64,000 nucleotides of DNA from Heterodontus francisci (taxonomy: Eukaryota), in the NCBI RefSeq assembly GCF_036365525.1, contig NC_090375.1, forward strand, positions 95,606,512-95,670,511, given 5' to 3'. Below are positions 25,127 through 37,303 of the stretch, in pieces. Every line of letters begins with the position of its first letter. Within the stretch, counting starts at the first letter, position 1. The position numbers and the translations under genes were made by a program. The notes under the pieces are model-generated. The model made no database searches, was not told the DNA's origin, and saw only the letters and a program-made list of their open reading frames with translations.

Positions 25127-27746
25127 ACGTAGCATTCGAAACAAGACAGATGAACTGATAATGCAAATAGAAATAAATAAATACGATCTGACAGCCATTA
25201 CAGAGACATGGCTGTAGGATGTCATAGATTGGGACCTGAATATTGAAGGGTATATGACATTTAGGAAGGATAGGAAACTAGCAAAAGGTGAAGGGGTGGC
25301 TCTGTTAATTCATGATGATATTAGCACATTAGAGCGGGATGACCTAAGTTTAGGAAACCAGGATGTAGAAGTGGTTTGGGTAAAGATGACAAATGATAAA
25401 GGCAAGAAGTTGCTTGTGGGAGTGGTGTACAGGCTCCCTCACAGTAACCACATGGTAGGAGAGACTATAAAGGAATAAATAATGGGACCTTGTCTGAAAG
25501 GTATGGCAATAATTATGGGAGATTTTAATCTACATATTGACTGGAAAAATCAGATGGGCAAAGGTAGCCTAGATGAGGAGTTCAGAGAATGTTTTCGTGA
25601 TAGTTTCTTAGAACAACACGTTCTGGAGCCAACCAGAGAGCAGGTTATACTAGAACTGGTATTGTGCGACGAGATAGGATTAATTGATGACCTCATAGTG
25701 AAGGTGTCCCTAGGCAGCAGCGATCATAATATGATTGAATTTTACATTCAGTTTGAGGGAGGCAAGAATGGGCCCAAGACTACTTTTTTAAACTTAAATA
25801 AGGACAATTATGAGGGCATGAACAGTGGCTAGCACTGCAGCCTCACAGCTCCAGCGACTTGGGTTCAATTCTGGGTACTGCCTGTGTGGAGTTTGCAAGT
25901 TCTCCCTGTGTCTGCGTGGGTTTTTGCCGGGTGCTCCGGTTTCCTCCCACAGCCAAAAGACTTGCAGGTTGATAGGTAAATTGGCCATTATAAATTGCCC
26001 CTAGTATAGGTAGGTGGTAGGGGAATATAGGGATAGGTGGGGATGTGGTAGGAATATAGGATTAGTGTAGGACTAGTATAAATGGGTGGTTTATGGTCAG
26101 CACAGACTCGATGGGCCGAAGGGCCTGTTTCTGTGCTGTATCTCTAAATAAAAAAATAAAATAAATGAAAGCAGAGCTAGCTAAAGTGAACTGGCAAATT
26201 AGGTTAAGGGATAGGTCAATAGAGATGCAGTGGCAGACATTTAAGGGAATATTTCGGAATACACATAATAGATACATTCTAACGAGAAAGGAAAATTCCT
26301 AGGGGAGAACCCACTATCTGTGGTTAACTAAAAAAGTTAAAGATAGTATCAAACTTAAAGAAAAAGCATATCATTGCACAAAGATGGGTGGCAGGTCAGA
26401 CGATTGGACAGAATATAAAGAACAGCAAAGAATGACTAAAAGATTGATAAGAAAGGAAAAATTAGAGTACGAGAGAAAGCTGGTTAGAAATATAAAGACA
26501 CATAGTAAGAGTTTCTATAGACATTTAAAAAAAAGAAGAGTTAACCATGTGAGTGTTGGTCCTGAAGAAAGTGAGTCTGGGGAATTAATAAAGGAAAATA
26601 AGGAGATGGCAGATGAATTGAACAGGTATTTTGCATCAGTCTTCACTATAGAGGATACAAGTAACCTTCCAGAAATAGTTGTAAATCAGGAAAAGGAAGG
26701 GAGGGAGGAACTCAAGAAAATTACAGTCGCCAGGGAAGTGGTACTGAACAAATTGTTGGAGCTGTGGGCTGACAAGTCGCCGGGTCCTGATGAACTTTTC
26801 ATCCTAGGGTCCTAAAAGAAGTGGCTGTGAGATAGTTGATGCGTTGGATTTAATTTTCTAAACTCCCTAGATTCAGGGAAGGTATATTAGATTGGAAAAT
26901 AGCGAATGCAACTCTTTTATTCAAAAAGGGAGGGAGACAGAAAGCAGGAAACTACAGGCTAGTCGCTTAACATCTGTCTTAGGGAAAATGTTAGAAGCTA
27001 TTATTAAAGACGTTATCACAGGGCACTCAGGAAAATTCAAGGTGATCAGGCAGAGTCAACATGGTTTTGTGAAAGGGAAATCAGGTTTAACCAATTTATT
27101 GGAGTTCTTTGAAGAAGTAACATGTACTCTGGATAAAGGGGAACCGATGGATGTACTGTACTTGGATTTCCAGAAGGCATTTGATAAGATGCCACATCAA
27201 AGGTTACTGCAGAAAATTAAAACTCATGGTGTAGGGGGTAACATATTGGCATAGATAGAAGTTTAGCTAGCTAACAGGAAACAGAGAGTAGGCACAAATG
27301 GGTCATTTTCTGGTTGGCAAGATGTAATAAGTAGTGAGCTGCAGGGATCAGTGCTGGGGCCTCAACTTTTTACACTTTATATAAATGACTTGAATGAAAG
27401 GACTGAAGTTGCTAAATTTGCTGATAACACAAAGATAGGTAGAAAGTAGGCTGTGAAGGGGACATAAGGAGGCTACAAAGGGATATAGGTAGGTTAAGTG
27501 AGTAGGCAAAGATCTGGCAACTGGAGTATAATGTGGGCAAATGTAAAATTGTCCATTTTAGCAGGAAGAATAAAAAGGAAGCATATTATCGAAATGGTGA
27601 GAGATTGCAGAGCTCTGAGATGCAGAAGGATCTGGGTGTCCTCGTGTATGAATCGGAAAAGGTTAATATGCAGGTTCAGCAAGTAATTAGGAAAGCTAAT
27701 AGAATGTCATTATTTATTGCGAGGTGAATTGAATGCAAAAGTAGGG
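25127..27746 (+). mobile_element. CR1 LINE ORF2 fragment (same family as 44010-48262), truncated at both ends
   Basis: AITETWL, MGDFNLHIDW, SDHNMIEF, LDFQKAFDK, QGSVLGPQLF, KFADNTK; near-identical to 45040-47650. Confidence 0.93.
25823..26164 (+). mobile_element. HE1/V-SINE-like tRNA-derived SINE inserted in CR1
   Basis: gtggctagcactgcagcctcacagctccagcgacttgggttcaattc head, V-domain tgtgtggagtttgca..ttctccc.gtgtctgcgtgggttt...ggtttcctcccac, CR1-like tail, (aaata)n, TSD atgaa at 25818-25822 and 26165-26169. Confidence 0.9.
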
Positions 27747-28889
27747 TTGATCTGAGTTATCGTGAGCAATGCAATGGGAGATCTGCTAGTTTAAAAAAAA
27801 TCTTTAATTTCTCATTGTTACATTTGTTGATCTCTTTCAATATTTTCCCTGGTATTTCTTTCTTTTCTCTTGTTGTTCTGTTTCTCCCTTCATCAAAGAT
27901 TTTCGTTTCTTCTTCAGTCTTCACAGATTCAGCCTGAGGATATCTGGAGATTTCATCAGTTGATCCACAAAACGTTTAAAATCTGGATTCTTCAATTCAA
28001 TCCTGGAGAATTAACAGGAAATGTATGAGGTTAAACAAGACAGGCACATTTAAAACATATACAATTTGTTTAAAACATTGCAAGATTTTCCTTGTGTTGC
28101 AAACCTGCAGTTTTGAAGCCAGCAATGTATTTCCAGACAAACTTTCTTGAGAAAGTAAACATCTACAGGCATAAAGTTACTATGTGCTAAGCTTGATTTA
28201 CTGTTTCATGAATGAGCCAAAATTATTTCAACATATAATTCCAGATAAAGTAACAGGCGTTCAAAATATCATTAAAATCAGTTATTGAAAAGTTATTGAC
28301 CGTAGCTGTTCTATTGCCAACAAGATATTCCTTTCCATAAATCTATTTTTCTGTATCTTTGGAGATCAAAGAGTAGAATCATAAATACTTGGTGGTGGGC
28401 ATGGATTGTGAAATCTGTGTACCTGATTCACAGTGCACAAAGTTTTGCAATTTTGCTGGGCCAAATGAGACAGAAAGCATATGAAAACCTCAGAGTAATG
28501 GCATCATTATTTACATTAAATAAATATTTTGAATGTGCAGGGGACATCCATGATGCTTTTATTTTGCAGCACTCCATGATATTTTTAAAATCTTTCTCAG
28601 TCAGGGATCTCAATAATTAGGATAGTTATACTTTGTCCAAATGTGAGCTCCCAACTGAGTCTCGCCCAGCGACAGCAAATATCAAAAAAAATCATGGGCA
28701 TATTCTCCAAAATGTTTGATTAATTTTAACAGAACACCCACAATTTACCAATATATATTCCTGACAGGTGAGGCTCGCTGCTGGGAGCACACTCTTCTAA
28801 AATCGGTCCTGTACTGTGTCATCTCCTTGCTAACATCCATTATCTTACTCCTCTGGATGTTGTGTGGAGTTGCTGCATTGCAACATCAT

Positions 28890-29716
28890 GAGCTGAATTT
28901 CGGCGGCGAGCTACAAAAACGGCCGGGCACACGCGCGAGATGTACTCGCGGAGCTGGCATGATACTTAGCGTGGCAGCTCATTTACATGGGCGGGATGGA
29001 TCCACCCTCCTCCGATTATGTGGGGGTGGGGGGGGGGAGGGCTGCGGTCGGTGCTCTGTCCCCGGCAATGGCTTCCGGCACCACTGCGCAGGCGCCGGTG
29101 CAATTTTTAATGGACTTCAAGCCCTTACATTTAATTGACATTTTTAAGGGAACAGTCATTAAAAATTTAATTTGAAAAATTTAATAAATTTTAATTTAAT
29201 AAGGCCCCTCTCCCACCACTCCCTTGATTAAACACTTTATTGATTGCCCTTTCCCCCACACAAAAACTTACCTTGCAATCCTGACCTTTCCCTGCCCCCA
29301 AACTTTATTAACTTTCATCTTCAACCCCTTCCCACCATCCCCTCCACCAATCACAATAGTTTTCCCTGCTCCCCCATCCTCCCACCCTGAAAACATACCT
29401 CCTGCCCCTCCCCACCAGTGTCCCGCATTGGTTCTCTGGTTGGAGATTCGAAGGCACGGGAGTCCCGGCAACTGGCCAGAATATGGCAGCTGGACGGCTG
29501 ACAGGAGCAGATGGGTAATTAATTCATGAATTAAAATATTTAAATTCTGCTCCCGTCGCCAAGCTGCAGGGGGGGCTGCCACGAGGGCCCACTGCCGCCG
29601 GTAATATGGGGCGTGGCCTTCCCGGTGTCGAGGCCTGTGGCGGGCCCCTCCCAGAGGCATTTTCCGGGCCCCTCTGCCATGACCCCCGACATCAGTGGGC
29701 TGGTAAAATCCAGCCC
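28890..29716. mobile_element. Harbinger-type MITE (same family as 57058-57997 and 63210-63906)
   Basis: TIRs gagctgaattt / gtaaaatccagccc; 3-bp TSD cat/cat. Confidence 0.82.
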
Positions 29717-30381
29717 CATGTGTGTAGCATGCTGCACACTATGGTGATGTAGATGCTGGTCTGCATTGTATGATTCCCCTGATCTGGCTAGAAATTTAAA
29801 TTTCTGCTTTAACTTGAGCACTGTGATAGGTACATACAATTCATTGTCAGAGTGCTTGGCAAATTTGTCCCAAAGGGAGACCTTCATTTTTTTAGTTTCC
29901 CAGCTAGCTGGTAAGTTGAAACTACTTTTTTCTCTCCCAGTTCAATGGTGTGATATCACTTGGAGGTCATGGTTGCATAGTTAGGGCAGAATTTAATGCG
30001 GCTGCTAAAAGTGGGAATGGTGGCATGGGGAGCATGGTGAATCACATCAGAGCCATCTGCCAGGAAATCTGACATTGTGACATCAGTTCCGGATTTTGTC
30101 AGAGGTGGGAAAGCACCATGATGGCACTGACGCCCTGACGCGACCGGGAGCTATTTTAAATTGCCAAGCAGTTCTTTAAAATGCATTTAAATATAATTAA
30201 TTGCAACTTAATGAGAGGCTGTCCAGTGTGTAAATGGCGGGTGGCACTCACGTGCCTTCGGGTTCACGTTCGTTAAAACCTGGCAGCAGCAAGGCCGGAG
30301 GCCATATTGTCACAATGGGGGAGCATTGCTGGATAGTGGAAGAGGGGGATTGGAGGCCATTGTCGGACATTGTTGCTGTGT

Positions 30382-30770
30382 GCTCTGCAAGGGGTTCAGG
30401 GTCTCGGGGGGCTCTGAAAGGGGTTCGGGGTCTCAGGGGCTCTGAAAGGGGTTCAGGGTCTCGGGGGCTCTGCAAGGGTTTCGGGGTCTCAAGGACTCTG
30501 CAAGAGGTTCGGGGTCTCGGGGGCTCTGCAAGGGGGTTCAGGGACTCGTGGGCTCTGCAAGGAAGCTCAGGGTCTTGGGGGCTCTGCAATGGGGTTCGGG
30601 GTCTTGAGGGCTTTGCAAAGAGGTTTGGGATCTTCGGTACTCTGCAAGGGGGTTTGGGGTCTTGGAGGGGTTGCAAGGGGTTTGGGGGCTCTCCAAGGGT
30701 TCATTGTGGGTGTGGGGGCAGGTGCGGGGGCTCTGCAAAGGTTCAGTGTGGGTGTGGGGGGGGGGTTGCA
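30382..30770 (+). repeat. G-rich minisatellite, unit about 26-29 bp (gctctgcaaggggttcggggtctcggggg), inside the Harbinger element
   Basis: About a dozen degenerate tandem copies read directly, grading into a gtgggtgtgggg variant. Confidence 0.9.
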
Positions 30771-31049
30771 TTGGGTTAACAAACAGCTGTGTGACTTGGT
30801 TGCTTGGTCAAACCGCTGGAACAGAGGGTGGGCTATCAGTAAGGTTCCCTGAGTTCCATCAGGGAATCCGCCGAGAGAATTGTGAAAAGCTCAGTTGCCA
30901 AGGCAGGGTTGTCTCTGCATTGACAGTGATCTGCAGGTCATAGGGTCACCTTGCATGGGTTCATACACCCTTAATTCTTGGACCCTTGTGGCTTGATGCG
31001 CTGCCTCTGATGGAGGGAGGGCCAAGACACAGCTGCGCCTGCCCGTGAA

Positions 31050-32146
31050 GCTCCACAATGAGATCAACAGCAGCTGACCATGCCAAGAAGGGCCCACCTG
31101 TGCCAGAGAATGCACCGGACCTGACTCAGCTACCTCTAAATGTCTGAGGACCATTGTTAATGAGAACTACGGCTCTCCAGGGAGGCTGTCACTGATTTAT
31201 GCACCCTGCTGCAGAACGAGTTGACACCTGTGGGATTCGGGGTCACCCAATGCCAGTGGCCCTGAAGATCACAGTGGCACTAAACCTCTGCATATCTGGA
31301 TCTTTCCAGGGATCCACTGGGGACATGTGTTGGGTCTCACAGGCAGCAGCCCACCACTGCATCGAGGAGGTGACTGATGCCCTGTTCAAGAGGGCTTACG
31401 ACAATGTGCGGTACTGAACTGAGCCTGACAGTCAAGCTGAGAGGGCCATCTGAGACATCGTTGGATTCCCTCAGGTGCAATGTGTAATAGATTGCACACA
31501 TGTGGTCAACAAGGCTCTTATGGACCAGCCAGCCACCTTCATCAACAGGAAGGGCTTCTATTCAATCAATGTTCAACTTGTCTGCCACCACCAAAAGCAA
31601 TTCCTGCAGGTCTGTGCCTGCTTCCCAGGAAGCAGCCACAACGCCTACACACTTTGGCAGTCCCAGATGCCACAGCTTTTCAAGCCCCCCGCTTGCCTTC
31701 AGGGATGGATTCTGGAGAACAGGGGCTACCCAGTGAAGACATGGCTTCTGGCACCTGTGAGGAACCCTGGCAATGCAGCAGAGGAGAGGTACAACAATTG
31801 CCATGGCTCCACCTGAGCAACCATTGAGCAGGCCATTGGGCTACTGAAGATGAGATTCCGCTGCCTCAATCGATGTGGTGGAGTCTGGCAGTATGCCCCG
31901 GCAAGGGTCTTGCGTATCGTTGTGGTCTGCTGTGCTCTGCACGATCTAGCACTGCACAGCGGGGAGGCCCTACATGATGATGCAATGCCTGAGAGGCACT
32001 CCTCCACTGGTGAAATGGATGCAGAGGAGGGAGAGGGACCAGCAGCAATGGATGTTGAAGACATGGTGCTGGAGGCCAGACAGGTTGAGAGACCCTCAAA
32101 GGAGGCAAGAGAGGAGCTCATAACTACCTATTTCCAGTCACCATGA
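31050..32146 (+). pseudogene. Harbinger (HARBI1-like DDE) transposase, inactivated
   Basis: LKITVALN..SGSFQ..GD..VSQ, GFPQVQCVIDCTHV, NRKGFYSINVQLVC, FPGSSHNA, ENRGYP, IEQAIGLLKMRFRCL; internal stops (e.g. 31415, 31814) and degenerate acidic motifs. Confidence 0.92.
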
Positions 32147-32492
32147 TGTCCACTCACTGAGAATGCAACAAGCACTCACCTTCAGGCATGAATTCTGTCA
32201 CATCCTTCCCATTTGTGTTCCCTGACTTGCGACAAGTTGCAATGCGGACTAGTGCCCATGGAAGAACATATGTTAATAAGGGCTCTCATCACATTGGCAT
32301 GTTAATGAGGGATGTGGTCACATCGGTATTGCTCTAAGGGGGAAGGGGACGTCAACAGCTCACAATTCAGACAGAATGGCAGAGGCGTTCATACAATGAA
32401 ACCTAATGATTTGAACAAAGAATCTTTTAATTAATTAACACAAAACATATAAGATACACCCATGGGACCCAAAGTGTGGCAATGTGCTCTTC

Positions 32493-34560
32493 TTAATACA
32501 TTTGCGGGTGCTCAAATCTGGTGTGATCCAGCAGCAGCTGCTGATCAGGATGCCCCTTAGCCTGCGATGACTTTGGCTGGTGTCCTCTGCCTGCCTGAGG
32601 CCTGGAAGGCTCCGGCTGCCTGCGGGTATTCTGGACTGGTGCAGGACTCCTCTGAGGCGTCGCTGCTTCTGCAGCTGGGCTCACTGGCAGAGGGGCTGAG
32701 GAACCTGTGGTCACACTTAGAGCATCCTCAGGGGAGCCCCCAAATGTGGCTGTCAGCCTCTCCTCCTCCCTTTGAAGGCTCTCTTGAGTCTCCCAGCTCA
32801 CCAGAGAAGTATTAGGAGCTGGAGAAGCCTCCAGGCTCTTGTTTCTTCTCTCACCTTGCTGCTGCTGCATCGAGCTCATGGCCAAGATGTTGGTGTGCAG
32901 CATCTGTGGGATCTGGCTCTCCATGTGGGTCACCAACCTCTTGATGGAGCAATCTATGCATTCATAGGCCTGAGACATGGCAGCAGTCATGGCATAGATG
33001 GCTTCCTCCATCGTCTGCTTATGGTTGCACATGACCTCTGGCATCTCTACCATTTGCTGCCATATCCCTCTCTGCAACTCCAGCATGTCCTGTGCTGTTG
33101 ACACCAGAGGGTCATCATCGGCCTGGGGCTCAGCATGGGCCTGGCCACCCACAGTCCTCCGACTGTCCAAGGCCTTGGTTGTCTCAGCCTCTGCCAGCTG
33201 CTCAGGTGCATGTGTGGTGCTCTCACCAGCTTGTGACCTTGATTCTAATGCCGAGCAGGTATACACTGAGGTGAAAGTATCTGCACTACAGAAGGGTGGA
33301 GAGAGTCATGGGATGGAGCTCTTCTTCAGAGGTGGACGACTGTCCCCATGTGGCTGCGGACCCCTGCAAATGGCAATCTGCATGAGAAAACACAAACATG
33401 TGAGGGTTAGGTTGTGTAGTTCTCCTGATGCCAACTATGCATGATGTGGGTCTCCAATATTGATGCACATGCCGATGGGAGCCAATCTTCACTCTCTTGT
33501 GCGGAGATTCCAACCCCCCTGTCTGATATTGCAGGGCTGCCATGAGTGCTCGCCAGCTCCAAGGCCTCTTCCTCAGGGAGATGAGTGGATGTAGATCTGG
33601 GAGTCCTCTGTCTGTGTGGGCCGTATCCTGGCTGCAGGCCATTCATATATGGTGTCTCACCACCTGCACATCCTGCCTTTTAACTAGCCTTGAAAGTACC
33701 TGAGCTGGTGGTGGTGAGTGTGAGAGAGTGTGACGAGAGAGCGTGACAGTGTTTCCTCTTCATCACTGTCTTCATGCTCTTGGGGAAAGCAAGGGATGCA
33801 TGCTTACACCGTCTGCAGCTTGTAAATCAGAACAGATTGTAGGATGAGGTGTAAGTGGGATGTGAGAAGCAGGATTTGGTATAAGTATACTGCCATCTTC
33901 AATGCTTTCAGCCCTGCTCCTGGCGATGGCCTCAGTCATGACTGTTCCAATGATGGCGAGCACCGTCTCCTCCATGCAGGTAAGGACATACAACTATTCC
34001 TTTTTCACCACCAATTAGGTCCTGCTGCCTCCAGTTATGTGCCCCCTTGCAAATGAAGTGTGCCAGTGAGTGGTGTGCAATGTATTTGGGTGATGTGGCT
34101 GTCATGGTTGAATTAGCTAGCAATGTGTGCAAGCTGTGACACTTTGTTGTAAGGTTTTTAGCAGTGCTAAGTGTGTGAGGGTGAGGTGAAGCTATGAATG
34201 TTATGTATGAGTCGTGATTGATAGAGATTGTGTGCAGGTGAGTAATGACGGTGCGGTGCATTTAGCAGCGTGTGAAGCTAGTGGTGCAGCCGTTGAGATT
34301 TGGCAAATGAAATTGAATTGACCTTGGTCTTTTGTGTGAGGTCATTGAGCTTCTTGCAGCACTGCATTCAAAGCCCCCGGAGCTAGAATCCTAGCATTGA
34401 AAGTCACAGCTATCTGCCTTCGCACAGTTTGTCTGGAGGACCTCCTGGCCCCCTGAGGATGTAGGACACCTCTCCTCTGGTCCATCTCTTCCATCAAGGA
34501 ATCTAGACTAGTGTTCTCTGCCCTGTTGCATCGTGATTCAATGTTCTTCTTGCTCACACT
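32493..34560 (-). pseudogene. Harbinger second gene: multi-exon Myb/SANT-like DNA-binding protein, degenerate
   Basis: SLDSLMEEMDQRRGVLHPQGARR..QIAVTFNA.. then QCCKKLNDLT after a frameshift; long low-complexity last exon (ORF 32493-33266) after a ttgcag acceptor near 33363. Confidence 0.75.
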
Positions 34561-35644
34561 CTCTTCTGCAGCCAGTTCAAGCACCTTCTCCAGCCAGAAT
34601 GCATGTCCCCTTTAAGAGTTGCAGGCTAGTTTTAAGTGGTTTAAGCATCACACAAGCATGGGCCCCATGACATGACTTGAATTCGCTCAGTGGGGCATTT
34701 AGCACAATGTTTACTTGCTGCCTGAATCGAAAGCAATGTGTGCAGGTTAATTACGCATTGCGATACCCATGCCTGTTCTCGGGCCATGTTCAATTTTTTG
34801 GCCTTTTTGTCTTATAATTTTTATTTTCTTGAAAAACAATTCTGTCCATAGTTGAAAAGAATGTAGGGTAAATATAAAATGTGGCACGGAGCTTTATATA
34901 TGAGGAAGGCCTAGCATTGTACCATTACATTTTTGCATTCATGGAGATTTGAGTCAACTACTTTACACAGAGGACATGGGCCTGAAGTTCTGTGGATCTT
35001 TCTTCCTAGAGATGTGCCTTCAGGGAAATTCCATTGCTGGCCCTACCATAGTATTCAGTACCAGCAGAGTTTCCCTAATTAGCATGAAATGGGTCGACAC
35101 TCCTATTCCATCATAATGGAGTAAGTAATGCAGCTCATTTTATGCCCAGCAGCTCAAGCCCTGGGTTAGTTTGAGAAGGGACTATCAGCATCCCAGCTGA
35201 TCATGTCCACACATGCACCTTTCTTTAATGTTCAGGCAAGGGCCTAGCCCTGAACTCCAGGTGAATCTATTATAGTGCAGGATGAGCCACTCCTCTGTTT
35301 ATCCTGGTGTCGTCACTGCCCAACAGTCCCAGCCTGAAAATTCTATTCCCGCATACCATGTCACCCACCCATTAACAGGGATGGATGGATGTTACATTCA
35401 AGATAGCTTCTGCCATCCCCACTGTTAATCATAATGCATGTCGGGACCCAACATGTTCGGGACAGCTTAATTTTTGGATTTTCTGCTGTACTTCTGACAG
35501 ATTTACAATCGGATAATGCTAGAAAGAGCTATGTATATTCAGAACAATGGATTCACGCTGCTTGAAGTGGCAGTAGATTTGGATATTGGTCCAAAAATTG
35601 CTGTTAAAATAATGGTGAGGCTAATATCTTTGCAGTTATTTATG

Positions 35645-36003
35645 TGCAAGGAGCAGCACCAGGCATACCTCAAAATGAGGTGTCAAACTGGTGAAGCTAC
35701 AACCCAGGACAACCTGCGTGCTAAACAGTGTAAGCAGCATGTAATAGACGGAGCTAAGTGATCCCATAACCAACGGATCAGATCTAAGCTCTGCAGTCCT
35801 GCCTCATCGAGTCGTGAATGGTGGTGGACAATTAAACAACTAACTGAAGGAGGTGGCTCCACAAATATCCCCATCCTCAATGATGGGGGAGCCCAGCACA
35901 TCAGTGCAAATGACAGGGCGAAAGCATTTGCAACAGTCTTCAGCCAGAAGTGCCGGGTGAATGATCCATCTTGGTCTCCTCCTGAGGTCACCAACAGCAC
36001 AGA
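35645..36003 (+). mobile_element. LINE-A internal fragment
   Basis: Matches 900-1255 of the first copy (EQHQAYLKMRCQ...EWWWTIKQL). Confidence 0.9.
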
Positions 36004-36009
36004 TATTGT

Positions 36010-36884
36010 CCTGCAAGAGGAAGGATAGAGATGGTTGAGAATGGCAGAGAGATCAACATGACAGTTCAGTACATTTCAGCCCCTTAACTCCTATGGGGGA
36101 ATCTGATGTCTCTCATGCTGACACTCATTGTCAGGGGAGTTAAGGGGGGGTGGCAAACTAAGAAGGAAGCTGGCCTGTGGTCGAAAGGCAGCCATGGATC
36201 TGTCAGGAAGAGATGAAACCCTATCCTCTCAGCCAACGTGGCAGCACTGTTACCCTACCCATGTTATGCAACCTCCCGTGTAGTCACATGCAGTCCTCTA
36301 GAAAGCATCTGGTATGGAGCATTTACCTTGGCAGAAGGCAGGAGGTCATCGACCCTCTTCCTGCACTGGACCCAGGTCTGGTGGGTGACCCTACGGCTAC
36401 TGACCTCCTCTATCATCTCCACCTAAGCTTGCTTAGCCAGGCGGGAGGACCTCTTCTTGCCATCTTGGGGGAAGAGATACTCCCACCTTTTCCCTGCAGC
36501 CTGGAGGAAAATCTATGGGAGGCATCAGTGAACTGTGGGGCCACCCTGTGTCTTGGCTCAGCCATCGTCTTCTGCCCTCCTCGGGTGTGGGGGGTGGGGT
36601 TGGTGGTATGGGGTTAAGGAACTAGGTGGACAGAGTTGTAGGCTGCACCAAGCTGACAATGAGTTGAAGGTAGGAGTGAATGCAGAGCTGTCAGGCCTTT
36701 AAATATGGCACTAGCACCTCCCGATGGTGTAATCCACGACTTGCCTCCCACCCCCGACACATGATTGCGGGGACCCATGCCTCACCTATGCAAAATGGCC
36801 ACTCGCCATGTAATTGCAGTGGGGCAGCAGCCTACGTGATGAAAGCAAACGGCCCCCTTTTCCAGAGCTCATAAAATTCAGCCC
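36010..36884. mobile_element. Harbinger-derived remnant with one TIR
   Basis: Ends ataaaattcagccc|tta, matching the MITE TIR plus a TWA target. Confidence 0.55.
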
Positions 36885-37303
36885 TTATTGTGCACTAAAA
36901 CTTACAGTCAGTGCCCTGGACTTAGAGGAATCCTGTAATCTGAAAAAAATACCTTGCCCTCTTATTTTGTTTCCAGTTGTCCATATGGAAAGTCCTCTGC
37001 TCTGGCATAAAATGCATCAGTAATTTGCTTAATATATTTGTGCATTGAAGATTAACTGATGTTTCTTATGTCCTCTGTGGCAGCCTGGAATAAGTCTGAG
37101 GCATAAAAATTCAGGGCAGAAATTATTTTGACAAGTCAGCTCACAGTATTCAACACAACTCTGTCAAAGTCTCCCTGGAGAATCGTAGCCTGCACATACA
37201 CTGACCCTTAGACAAATCCAAATTAGTTCACTGTGACAAAATCATGTACTTTTTTCCAAGTTTTGATTTAGTGGCTGTTTCTTCAAAACTCAGTCATTGT
37301 GCT

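Larger units (their letters stand above)
29984..34803. mobile_element. Decayed autonomous-type PIF/Harbinger DNA transposon (convergent transposase and Myb/SANT genes)
   Basis: Left end tta|gggcagaattt; transposase on +, Myb-like gene on -; right end aattttttggcc|ttt is degenerate, so that boundary is uncertain. Confidence 0.8.
2880..37300 (+). pseudogene. Heavily decayed giant cadherin-repeat gene (Fat/Dachsous/CDH23-like), fragmented by TE insertions
   Basis: Cadherin consensus motifs in the inter-TE unique DNA, all + strand: LLQVAAVDA (2892), SGSP..IPIRIRLNNKEEQPNF (3938), SGLLTSPELDY (4331), TGAIRI..HLDR (6364), HFPVFY...VLVCSADD*DS (8320-8430), GITVLAKDH (13250), YDVIVFGWDG..ELSSAQA (14682), EDGQDPVLST (15082), IFTGKMSE..VVQLITASIVDP (~15580), ELFSIG..ISLKDG (24121), DVDAG (29746), VLLTD..DNA..LLEVAVDLDIGP (35488), LKLTVSALDL (36895); many in-frame stops and frameshifts. 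Confidence 0.72.

Noticed and set aside
25823-25880. tRNA gene
   Set aside because: Truncated tRNA-derived SINE head without a full cloverleaf; the same applies at 20369 and 46775.
8928-28003. Minus-strand exon candidates (9040-9165, 21580-21740, 22497-22536, 23134-23169, 27920-28003)
   Set aside because: No recognisable protein or consistent phase chain; most are antisense to cadherin-like segments, which explains the open frames.
30382-30770. Possible CRISPR-like array
   Set aside because: Head-to-tail degenerate units with no unique spacers, no cas genes and a vertebrate context; it is a minisatellite.
27927-35614. Apparently intact phase-0 exons at 27927-28022 and 35501-35614 (also 21502-21591) suggesting a live gene
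   Set aside because: Cadherin motifs switch frames within them and continue across the supposed splice sites (e.g. VLLTD..DNA spans the 35500 'acceptor'), so they are better read as decayed coding sequence.
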